Positions 1 through 12,500 of a stretch of DNA of 64,000 nt are shown here, one piece after another. The DNA comes from Cycas panzhihuaensis. Taxonomy: Eukaryota; Plantae; Cycadophyta. The notes under the pieces are model-generated. The model was not told where the DNA came from and ran no database searches. It worked only from the letters and a program-made list of their open reading frames with translations. The stretch spans positions 233,685,741-233,749,740 of the forward strand of contig CM041465.1 of the NCBI GenBank assembly GCA_023213395.1. The letters run 5' to 3'. How positions within the stretch are numbered: position 1 is the first letter of the stretch; each line of letters begins with the position of its first letter. The translations under genes and the position numbers were made by a program.

Positions 1-1002
1 TTATGGACAATGGCTTATTCATTATCTTGGTGTTATATGTTAATGACATACTGGTTACAAGCAAGAGCATGGAAGAAATCAATAAGCTAAAGGCTCAATT
101 GGCTAGGACTTTTGATATGAAGGATCTAGGAGCTGTAAAATAAATCTTAGGCATGGAGATACACAAAGACATGAAAAATGGTAAGCTATAGTTATCACAA
201 CAGAAATATGTGGAGAAGGTGCTAACCAGGTTTGGTATGGCAAATGTGAAACCAGTGAGTATCCTATTGGCTTCCCACTTCAAGCTTTCTTCAAATATGA
301 GTCCTAGTAGTGAAGAAGAAAAGGCTTGTATGTCTTATGTGCCTTATGCCAGTGCAGTAGGAAGTTTGATGTATGCCATGGTATGTAAAAGACCTGCTAT
401 TTCACATGCAGTCAGTGTAGTTAGCAGGTTTATGGAAAATCTAGGAACGGAACGTTAGGCTATAGTGAAATGGGTGCTTCGGTACTTGAGAGGTACGAGT
501 GATTACTGCATCACCTTTGGAGGTAAAGATAATCAGGTTTGTAGATATATTGATTCAGACCTTATAGAAGATTTAGACAAAAGAAGGTCTACTTCAGGTT
601 ATATTTTTACTCTTGCAAATAGTCTAGTTAGTTGGATGCCCAAATTACAGAGTACAATTATACTGTCAACCATGGAAGCTGAATATGTTGCTACAACACA
701 TGCTTATAAAGAAGTAATCTGGTTACAGGGTCTATTGGTTGAGCTTGGAAGGATACAGGAAAATATAAAGGTATTTTATGATAGTTAAAGTGCCATTTAC
801 TTAGCCAAGAATCCAGCTTATCACAGTAGAATAAAGCATATTGCTCTTAAGTACCATTTTGTTAGACAGGTTGTGGAAACAGGTGGAGTGGCACTTGAGA
901 AGATTTACACCAATCAGAATTATGCTAATATATTCACAAAACCAGTACTATTAGAGAATTTCAAATGGTATTTGACTTCTCTTGGCTTACAGAAAAGATG
1001 AT
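1..1002 (+). pseudogene. Ty1/Copia pol 3' end (RT C-terminus + RNase H), interrupted by stops
   Basis: ORFs 210-458 (VPYASAVGSLMYAMVC, RFMEN) and 465-788 (KWVLRYLRG, DLDKRRSTSGY, STMEAEY). Downstream reads KHIALKYHF and NYANIFTKP. Confidence 0.93.
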
Positions 1003-1048
1003 GAAGGATCCAGGAAAGGTACCAGGTAATTGTTGTCAAGGTGGAGAT

Positions 1049-1670
1049 TGTTGGATATTGTGACAACAATTATCGAGCTAAAATTTTGGCATGTTTTTGG
1101 CGTAGTTTCCTCCTCCCTAATCTTTCTTAGTGGGTTCCAAGGGAGGCGGGAGCCCCCCTTGGTCGGGGGGTGCGGGGGGGTTTGGGGGTGATAGCCCCCA
1201 ACTCAAAAAATTAGCCACGTAAACCTTATCAAAATGTAAAGAGAATCAGGGTTGTTTGATACAAATACCCTAGATTCTATTGTTGAGATTTAGGTCTTGG
1301 ATGTTCCTCTCATGTAGCCCATTTTTAGGGCTTTTCTTATTATGTTGTAATGGAATGTAATGTACTATGAAGAGGGCAGCGATTGGTTATTGTTCCAGAG
1401 AGCACTATGTAACCTAAGATGTATTGTTTCTCCATTCTACAGTAATAAAGCTCAATACCTTTCCTATGTGGATGTTTCCTTAGCACACTACTAGGGTTTT
1501 ACCATGTTATATCAAGTGCATATGTGATATTTAGCTTTCATTTTCATATTATTGTATAATTTTTGATTTTAGAACTTGCATGTAATTTTAAGTTTTGATT
1601 TCTGTAACTAGTTGTAAAAATGTAATAGATCTTGGTGGCGGTTAAAGGGTTGGACCTTGTATTCTCAACA
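1049..1670 (+). mobile_element. 3' LTR of the Copia element (~620 bp)
   Basis: Follows the PPT aaggtggagat (1038-1048). Begins TGTTG and ends CAACA. Confidence 0.82.
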
Positions 1671-1799
1671 AAAATAATATAATTTTAAGCTCTCTAATAC
1701 AAAATAAAGTTCTCAAATAAGCTCTCAAGCTCATATGAATTATGAGTGAGAGGCATTAATGGCTCTGTGCAATCCTAGTGGGGAAATGTGGTCAACAAT

Positions 1800-2113
1800 G
1801 GCTCTGATACCAATTGTTAGGTGAAGGATCTAGTTGCCACACTCTACTACACTAAAGCAATAGCACATAATAAGAGCAAAATGAAGAGAACAAGATTGAG
1901 AGCAAAAATGAGAGATGAGAATTATGACTCTTCCTTTCACATTTAGCCTTATATATCAGAGGATATACATTAATATTTCTAAAGGAGTTTCTAACCTAAT
2001 AACATGATCCTGAAATTACATTTAAATGTAAATAAAATTATATTTAACTATGTGACTTAGCTAATCTAAAGCCACCTTCATATAATTAATCTAATGAACT
2101 TAATGCATTAACA
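1800..2113 (-). mobile_element. tRNA-iMet PBS and ~300 bp 5' LTR of a minus-strand element whose leader was interrupted by the Copia at 1-1670
   Basis: gctctgatacca at 1801-1812 is the reverse complement of TGGTATCAGAGC. Then tgttag (1815) ... ttaaca (2113). Shares motifs with the LTR at 41132-41430. Confidence 0.7.
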
Positions 2114-3990
2114 TCCATCATATACATCATTGCGGGATCCTCTATTTCATCATCGGTTGGGTAGGAAAGTTTATAGGACATGCCATAACTTAGAAATTTT
2201 AATATTTTCCTTAATAGATTGATCAATTAAGGTTTTCTTGCTACTTGTTTGATGTCTTATAGGTGTGATCATATTGTTGTTTGTCTATTTGACTTGGTTT
2301 TGATTAATGTGCAACCCATCACCGTGATTGATAATCATAAGAACATTAGTTCATTTATGTTAACTCTCACTAAGATGATCAATGATAGAGATAGGAATAT
2401 CCTTAGATATTGTGGGTTACTTTGGGTCATTTCGTTGAGACAGTTTGTCTCAAATTAGACCCTCTTGATTAACATTGTATCCCATTGAGGCCACCAACGC
2501 CAAATATTTCATTTGTTATGAGTAGGTGATGTTGTGATTGTGTTGAGGGATGTGAGGCCAATGATATGAGTGCCACGCATAGGACCACTGCCTGACCTAG
2601 GTGCATTACCCAACATAGTTGATGTCCACTAAGCAACGATAACTTTCTTTTATATCCATTGACATTAGGCTAGGCACAAAGGAAGCTTGAGGAGGATGAT
2701 GAGTTTTAGGATCCCACATCCAAAAGCTCATTGCTTATGCTATCTTGTTTTGAATTTTGTACTAACAAAACTACCATGAGATCCTCAATGGTTAGATAAA
2801 TGTGATCTTATGAGGCTAGTGAGTGATAAGATAGGGCCATGGTAATAATGGATAATATTTCGATACAATTGAGTCAGATTGGGGCAATTGACCATGGTGG
2901 ATTTTCTTAATATACCCTATTACAGTGGTGGTTCTTTAATAGATTTAGAAGAGTGGGATTAAGAGTAGGCCCTTAGTTAGTGGCCGACAGGGACCCATTA
3001 GCACATAGGTAACCCACCTAATTTTAGAGCCTTGGGGCAACTAAACAGTGACCCAAATAATATACACCACATCCTTAAACATGTTGGCAATGGGTGATTA
3101 TATAACCAGCCCTTATATGTGGATTCAATAGGAGTATGATGTTGATGAGCCAAATCCAATAATTGGTGATAAGGGTGGAGATGGAGAGTGTGAGCTTATT
3201 GATAAGGGAGGAGCCAAGGGTAATGAGGATCTAATAATAGCTAAGGGTGGGGATGAGGGGCATGGTAATGGTACACTACTTATCCCAACTATTTTACTTT
3301 TGCACCATGATTTATACCTTGTTAGTTTTGATTAGTTTATGATTTATATTCTATCACAACTACTAATCATTGGCTTGACTTGGTTATAGGTGGAGGATTC
3401 ACATTTGACATTTCTTAACTGGTATTTAATAACCTATTTCTGATGGTATATATGAAGGGACAACCTCTCATGATAGACACTACTAAGCCAACTATTGCTC
3501 ATCCTCACACTGTCATGTTTGACCCTTTGATAAGGGCCTTAGTTATATGGACTGTAGAGAGAGATGAACTACAAGCTCATATCATAGAGCCAGAGGGTCG
3601 CTGAGTCAGAGTATGGGTGCTAGTAGTTATGCCCCCTTTACATATAATCTCTAAGGTAGATACATAAATTACAATGCTATAACCACAACTCATAGATATA
3701 ATGAGGGAGAGAGACCATGTTGAGAGACTTAGAGCTAAGGTGTAGCAGAGATACGACCCATTGGTCAATCACTTGGCTGAGAGATCATCAAGGAGCTACT
3801 CAAAGACCCATTCATCTACTCCACAATAGAGGGCACAAGACAAAGGCAACCAAATGGGGCCCTCCTAACATCTGAGAGCCACACCGCCAATAGAGAGCTT
3901 AAAGACTCCATAGAGAGAGTAGTTATGAGAGGGGGAGCTCAACCATGGTTATATTTGTATTTATGCTATATCATAGACTTCAGGAGAGGC
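2114..3990 (+). pseudogene. Decayed intron-containing accessory ORF (possibly plant-mobile-domain type), antisense to the minus-strand Gypsy
   Basis: Two intron-like AT-rich GT..AG segments (~2156-2262; ~3271-3389 with tactaat branch site). Exon remnants: V*SY after intron 1, a G/D/E-rich stretch at 3140-3270, and a coiled-coil-like PQLIDIMRERDHVERLRAKV at ~3680-3745. Confidence 0.45.
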
Positions 3991-4105
3991 AAGTTAGACC
4001 TACAAGGGCTAGGGTGAGTATGATATGTGGTCCATTGGGTGATTGTACATCCTTACAAGGACAAAAACTCCCTTGAAACACTATTGTACATACACATTTT
4101 TTTTA

Positions 4106-4694
<589 letters not shown>

Positions 4695-4896
4695 TCAACT
4701 TAAGCTCCCATAATTCAATTTATATTTATGTATATAGCTTTATATATATGTTGATCATATCATACTTGTGTTTTGGTTATCATCTTTGTACATTCTTAAT
4801 TGACTTTATCTTATGGATGGAACCTTGGCACACACACATCACTTTACAAAAACGATTGACAACTCAAAAAGATTGCCTATGGGACATGCAATGTAA

Positions 4897-5580
4897 TTGA
4901 TGATTGATAGTTTATACTCTTATAGGAGTGTACATAATAATTTATACTCATGGAGGAGTCTTAAGCCTTCATAGGGAGTGGGGGGATGTCTTGCAATGGA
5001 GAATTAGGTGTCATAATAGGCACAAGCTAGTGGCATGTCTTAATAGGCATGCAACATGAAAGGTTTATGTAATTTAGACTCTTTTTTAAGTAAGTTGGTT
5101 TTAGCTCTCATTGAAACCTAAGATACCTTGATGGACATGAGACTTTAGGGCCCTTAGTGGATAGCTAAGTAAGATACTTCTTGATCATAGTTTAAGCTCA
5201 TTTCAGAGTAGAGTAAAAAAGGGGAAAAGTTTGTATAAGTAACAAAGAGAAAAAAGATTGTTTTTGCTTTATTATTTTGTATTTTATAGTTTTTTTGATT
5301 TTTTTTGGGAATGATATTATAGTTGATAGTTTATACTCATGATGAAGTAAGGACCAATTTATGCTCATGGTAGAGCATGACGCCCCTATGGGGGTTGCCT
5401 AAGGGAAAGAGAAGGCCACTCTTAATAGAGTAACAAGTGCCATAGTAGACAGTAAGAAAAAGGGTGCCATAGTAGGCTAGAAATGTGATAGAAACAAAGT
5501 AGTTTAGGCTTATCTTGGAGTAACTTAGAAGTTTAGGCTCTTACTAAATCACTAGTTCCCCTAGTGAGGGCATGGTTAAC
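4897..5580. repeat. Diverged ~420 bp tandem duplication downstream of the Gypsy integrase
   Basis: ttgatagtttatactc...aatttat(a/g)ctcatgg occurs at ~4904 and ~5323. gta(a/g)tttag(a/g)ct occurs at ~5069 and ~5499. Confidence 0.6.
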
Positions 5581-5606
5581 TATAAAACATTTTAAAAAAC
5601 TATACA

Positions 5607-8600
5607 TATAGTAAGCCAAAAATAATATACTAGATATAAGCTCTATTTCCAATAACAAATATATATTCAAAGTAGATCACAACACTTCATAACGATAAAT
5701 TCCATATGTTCATAGTAGATAATTGCAACAATACAACCTCATACATAATATTCAACAGAGATAACAATAGCATATGTGGACAATAGTAAATAATATTAAT
5801 AAAATAATAACACCTGATACAAAATAGGTAACGTCATAGACAAAGCCTCTTTGAGGTAAGAGCGACCCTCCAAATAGGTGCAAGGCCATTGTCCCTTCAT
5901 AATAGAAATTCTCGATTTTCAAATGAGGGTGGCCTCTTTATTTATAGCCAACTTTATAATTTTCCCTCCAAAAAACTAACTTTATAATAAAATAATTTAA
6001 ATGATTCTTATTTTAATTCCTCTAAAAACTGGCTTCACTATAATAAATTCTTCATATAAAACTGACTTCTTCTTTTATTTTATAAATACTACAATACCCC
6101 TCCCCTTAAAATAATACTTCACCCTTGAAGTATTGAGAATTTACTTGTAGCTTAATATGATCTTCTAACCACCATCTGTTAGATCTTGTTTGTCAAAAAG
6201 ATCTGGTTTGATCTTCCATCTTTTGAGGGATTTTGCTAGTAGCCCTCTTGAATCTTTTAAAGTTTGTTCTTGGGACCAAGTATATGTTATGTCTTGTTTT
6301 GAATTAGAAGGATCCTAGGCCCTATGAGATATCTCAAATGTCTCATCCTAGTCTTGTCTTGCATTTGTACATTTTATTTTTAGATGGGATAGATTTTGGG
6401 AAAAGAAGTAAAGGCTTTATGAAAATAATTAATCATGAGGGTCATGGATTGATGATTTCTTATTATAAAATAGAAAAGAAAGGGTGGAATTATGAACTAA
6501 AACCAAGCATAGCTTTGAAGGTATATGAAGAAAAGATAAATTTTATAATCTACCTTCGATGGAGATAAGAATTTGTGTAATTTTGTTAGACCACAATACC
6601 TTTTGAGAGAGAGAGATGGATGAGGAATTAGTGATAGAGGTTTTTTATGAAAAAAAAGCTTTAATAGGTTTTTAGGATTAGTATTCAAATAAAAGAAAAT
6701 ATTTAATGAAAAAAAGTAATATTGATTATATGAAATTAAAGAGGTTTGGAAAAAGTCAAACGAGGTTTTATAAGGGGTAATGCTAAGAGATGAAACATGA
6801 CAAATATATTGAAGTTGTAAAGTATCCTATTTAGGATGGTCTATAGGTGGTGAGAGAGTATATAAGTAAAGGGATGAACTAGGGTTACAAAGAGGAATTG
6901 GGATTTGACCTATGAAAAAACTAGAGTTAAGGAAATTATGATTATGGCTAACTTCAGGATTTGGAAAAGAAAATTTTGCTATCGTTATTGAGTGAGGAAA
7001 AGAGAGAGGACAAATAATACTACCAAAAGAAATATGCAAGTATAACACAGGACCATTGAGTACCTTGCATATATCTTGTTGAGATTCCTCTTCAAAGTCT
7101 ACTTACTCTATGTTGTCTTCATATTGCCCCTACAAAACTTCACTTTATATTTCTTCCTTGATATTATCTTGAGACTCTTTTATTGCATGTGCCTGCTTCA
7201 AGTCTTCTATATAGTTAGGTTGTTCCCTTTGTGGTGGATCTTGTTTTAGCTCTTGCAAAATCTTTGCTTCTCCTCCTTCTTCTTCTACTTCTGCCCCTTT
7301 GTTTGGATGCTTTAATGCTTTGGTAGCCTCACCTTACTTATGGGTTTGATGATCTTTTTGTTGTTATCCAAATATTTTTATAAATGCATATCGAAACCAA
7401 AACTAATCGGTGTATCCTATTGATTGGTTGGACCAATTATTGAACCAATCAATAGCTTGTTCTTCCAAGAACAATTCTAAGTCTGCCCAATAATCATCAA
7501 TTTTTGTACTTCCTATGAATTGATTTTGATCTTCAATCCATTCTACCCATTCCCTTACATTGATGCCTCCATTGGGTTCAAAAAGGTCAAACATCTTTCT
7601 CAATCTAAAAATATTGCTTTCAATTGTCTCTTTGTCAATAAAAACTATGACTTCAAAGATAAAAATATCTATTCTTTGCTAGTCAAAACTATTGCATATG
7701 ACCATTTGTTACATATGTCTCTAAACTAGGAATCCAATAGTTTAGACAACATTATAATCTGACACTTATAACTTAAGATATGGATAAAAACATCCAATAC
7801 CTTCTTTGAAAGATTAAATAAAAAATAAAAAAATTCTTTTATTAACCCTTTTTGTCAGTTTAACCCTTAGTCATATTGAATCACCATATGACCATCTGTC
7901 ACTAGGGGGGAAAGGCAAATTCTAAACATATATCAAATTTCATTAAATTAACAACTGCTTTAGGAAAATATATAGTGCCTGGTTATTGTGTTTGCATCCA
8001 ATTTCTCCATGCTCGATTATTGCACATAACATTTTTCCTTCATTCCTACACGATTTGTGGCAAATCTCTATTACTAATCATCCCTTCACATTGATATCTA
8101 AAGTTGAGCTTTGTATGTGTATTTTACAGGTGTATATCTACTCAAAGCTATTATGCATAATGATCCTTCGTTCTCCGTTCATAGGGAGTTTCTTAAATGT
8201 GGATAGGGCACTTTGCCCTCTGTCTCACTGCAAATTTTCACTAGTTTCTACTTCATAAAAATGCCTACAGATTAGTGACAGGAACTAGAGCTAGAACGAA
8301 GGCATCAATCTTTTATAGTTATTGTTAGAGTTAATTATAGATTCAAATAAAAGCCGAAGCAGAGGTCAAGTGGTTTAATAAAATCTAGGAATTACTATAA
8401 TAGATGGGCAACCATTGCTTGTTGAACCTTAAAACCCTTAAAATTACCATCAAAGCCCTTTGCGAGTATAAGGGAGACTCTTCAAAAAAAGTCATACGTC
8501 AACAATGAGAATGATCTCCTCAAGGTAATTGATGAACTAGTGGCTTCACTAATCTTTGGCACATGACATAAGGCACACAGATAGACAAACATGTAAACAG

Positions 8601-9577
8601 AGGATGATGGTAGTCATACTTACAGGCAATAGGTGATAGGGCACAGAACATTACAAGCATATATAAGAATTTATAATCTTCATAGAAATGATTGCAAGGG
8701 TCTCCACAGATCATGCACGATGGCAGGAGAACTTTAATATTTCTATCAACTTGTCATAATATTGTTATTATTTACTTAGGTGCTTAATATTGGCCACGAC
8801 TATTTTAACCTCCTATCTGTAACTTGATTTGTGAGAAGTGACAGCTCGTCCTACCTATAGATTTTGTCCTCTACTTTTAACCTATGTCTACCTAGTAATC
8901 CTTGAACTCTGATTTTTTTTAGATTGGTTGGGGTAGATTTTGATAAAATGCAGGTTGTGGTTTTTTTGTTTGGCTCTTATTTTACTACTTCAAATCCTAA
9001 ACTTTCTTTTCATGCAGCTCTGATTTGGCAAGGTTTTATTTTTCTATTTTAACCCCAAATTCACTTTGCACATAGCTCTGATATTAGTTGTAGTGAGCTA
9101 AAAATAATACAACAGACATAAATTCTATTTCTAATAATAAATATATATTCAAAGTAGATCACAACACTTCATAACAGTAAATTCCATATGTTCACAATAG
9201 ATAATTATAACAATACAACCTCATACATAATATTCAATATAGATAACAATAGCATATATGGACAATAGTAAATAATATTAACAAAATGATAACATTTGAT
9301 ATAAAATACCCAACAGTGTAGATGAACCCTCTTCGATGTAAGAGAGACCCTCCAAATAGGCATGAGGCCATTATCCCTTCATAATAAAAATTCTCCAAGA
9401 TGATTTTCAAATGAGGGTGGCTTCTTTATTTATAGCCAACTTATGATTTTGCCTCTAAAAAGCTAACTTCATAATAAAATAATTTAAATGATTCTTCTTT
9501 TAATTCCTCAAAAAATTGACTTCACCATAATAAATTCTTCATATAAAATTGACTTCTTTTATTTTAGGAATACTATA
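5607..9577 (-). mobile_element. Non-autonomous chromovirus-like LTR element (~3.97 kb; gag remnant and chromodomain-like tail, no RT/INT seen)
   Basis: LTRs 5607-6093 and 9089-9577. PPT (rc) acccctcccctt at 6096-6107. Degenerate Met PBS gctctgatatta at 9075-9086. TSD ataca/gtaca. Confidence 0.9.
7100..7700 (-). pseudogene. Gypsy gag (capsid N-region) remnant
   Basis: ORF 7403-7603 FEPNGGINVREWVEWIE...LFLEEQAIDWF, a retrotransposon gag-type pattern. Confidence 0.65.
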
Positions 9578-12500
9578 GTACATTGGCAACCTTCTCTAGC
9601 TTGAGACCCTCTAGCATGGCAATGTGATATGCATTATTAGTTAGATTTTGAAGCATAATGAAGGGTCTAACCTACTTGGGACTGAATTTTTGGAGATGCT
9701 CGTAAAGGTATTCAATCTTTAGGACTTTATCCCCTAGGGCAAATTGCCTAGGCCACAAATGCTTATCATGGGCCTTTTGAGCTTTGGTTTTTGATGTGAG
9801 ATTCATCTGATAAGCTACATGGTACTTTTTATCTGAAGCTTCTAAGTTGAGAAGGTGCACTTGGCAATGCCATTGCTCGTCAACAAAACCCTTCAAAGAC
9901 ATCCTTAGAGATAGTATCTCTATTTTGAGTGGAAGGATGGATTTTGACCCATAGACTAAAGAGGTGGTACCATGTCCATGGAAGTTTGAATAGATGTGCA
10001 ATAGGCCCAAAGGTAGGAAAAGGTTATAAGTGCAAATCTCATTGAGATTTAATGGCCATTTTCTTTAGAATTGATATCAAAGTTTGATTGAATGCCTCAA
10101 TCAACCCATTTTCCTAAGAATAATAGGGCAATAATTTCATGTGGGAAATGCAATTTGTTTCATACAATTCATCTAACTCCTTATTATAAAATAGAGTCTT
10201 ATTATCTGCAATCAAGATATCAGGGACCCCAAAGTGATAAATAATATGTTGGAAGATGAATGTGGTAATTATCTTGCCCATGGTTGACATAAGGGGAATG
10301 ACTTTGGCCTACTTAGTAAAGTACATTATCACTATCAAAATAAGCTTGTGTTGGGCTAAAGAGGGAGCTATAATAGCCTCAATCAAGTCAATGCCCTATT
10401 GGGAGAATGAGCATGGTGAAATAATAATGTATAAGGCCTCAAAAGGTTGATGCATGATGTTGGAATATTCTTAGCATTTTCTACAACTTTACATGTAAGT
10501 GTGGGCATTTTTGAATAGCATGGGCTACTAGAAACCCATTCACAAGACCCTTTGGGCCATGGATTTCCCCTTGCAGTGGCCCCTATAGATATTATCATGG
10601 CACTCATGGAGGACTTGGTTGGTTTCATTCGGATTGATACATTTGAGGAGGACTTCTTCAAATGATTATTTGTACAACATGTCTTGGATAAGGTAATATT
10701 AGTAGCCCATAGCCCTAATATGCTATCTAACCTTATTGCTTATGCTTTTGGGGTAGGTTTAGTGAATGATATAGTACACAATATCACCATACCATTGGTC
10801 ATCTATTAGCCTTTGGCCCTTGGTTTGCTCTAGAGCAAAAGTGATCTTAGTGGGCAACAAATCATCAACAAGAGTATTGGAAAGATTTGGGAGGGGTACA
10901 TGAGCAAGTTACTTAGCCACAACCATCCCAATTTTGGACTTCTTATTAATAATCCTAAGGTTATACACTTGCAAAAGCATAACCCATTTACCTATCCATC
11001 CCATTAGGTTAGACTTGGTCATTAAGAAGCCCAAGAGGTTGGATTGGATGATGATGTTAGTAGTGTTTCCTGACAAGTAGTGCCTTAATTTCTTGGCAGT
11101 AAACACTAAGGCCAAGCATTCCTTCTTAGCATGTGTATAATTAATTTTAGTTGTGACCAAGGTTGAACTAATGAAGTATATGGTTTGTTCAACTTTTGCA
11201 TCATCCTCTTAGGCTAACATAACACTAATTGACTTGCTCATAGAGGACATATGGAGGATAAGTGACTAATCAAACCTTGGGAGAGATGAGGCCTTGTTTA
11301 AGCTCTTAAAAGGCAACTTGCACTACTATGGTCTAGATAAAACAATTCTCCTTCTTAAGGAGATTGGGTAATGGTTTGGTGTTTATGGCAAAGTTTTCTA
11401 AGAAGTGCCATAAAAAGCCTAGACACCCTAAGAATGACTTGATTTGCTTTTATGTTTTGGGTGGGGGCATCTCTAGCATCATATTCACCTTCACAAGGTT
11501 AACTTAGATCCTCTTTTAAGAAAGAGGAAAGCCTAATAGCTTATCAGGTGTGATAGCAAATACGTATTTATGTGAGTTTCAACTGATATGAATTTTTTGA
11601 CACCTTAAAAAAAATTTCTAAGGTCAGTTGGGTGGTCACTCCTCTTTTATAAGAGGCCCAAAAGTTCATCAATGAACACCTCAAGAATGTTGTTGATGAG
11701 GTCATGGAAGATAAAATATATGGCCCACTAGTAAATTGTACCAGTGTTTTTAAGACCAAAAGACATAGTGACATAAGGGAAGGTGCCCTGAGGGGTGCTG
11801 AATATAGTCTTGTGATGTTCCTTAGGGGAGATCTAGATCTGGTTGTAACCTAAGAAACCATCTATTAGGGACATAACCTTGAACCCTATTTTCCTATCTA
11901 TGATTTGGTCTATAAACAAGAAGGGGAAGTTGTCTTTAGGGCATGCATTATTGATGTCGCTAAAATTGATGTAAGTATGAATGGCCCCATTTTTTTTGTC
12001 ATAGACATAATATTAGACACCCATCTAGGGTAGTCAATTGAGGTAATAAGACCTACATCGTGCAACTTTTCTACCTCTATATTGATAGCAACCAACACTT
12101 TTGGATGGATGGGGCACTATTTTTGTCTGATGGATAGTGGTGAGGTTGTAGGTGACGATCTTAGGGATTTTGCCCTTCATATTAGCATAATCCCACATAA
12201 TAATGTCCTAGAATTTCTAAAATAAAGTTGTGTATTTGAACACCTCATCGAGAGAGCATTCAACTCTGATCTTAATGGTCTTCCTAAGGGCCAAGTTAAT
12301 GTGGACACTTTCCACTGAAGGAAGGAGATTACCCTCCTTAAAATAAGGGGGGACTTGGTTAATTGGAGGGTTTTGAGGAGATTGCACCATGTTAGGTTCA
12401 GTGAGGAGGGACCTAATGGAAAGGAACTTCTAAAATCATAGCTTGTGATGATTTAGAGAAGGTTAGGGGATTCTCTTGCTAGGTACTTGAGCAATACCTT

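Noticed and set aside
4973-4995. agggagtggggggat+tg as a PPT/LTR start
   Set aside because: No upstream plus-strand pol and no partner LTR. It lies within a tandem unit.
10795-10909. Additional (archaeal-type) RNase H allowing a Tat/Ogre subclade call
   Set aside because: Only ~115 bp separate RH from INT, too short for the domain. Lineage left unassigned.
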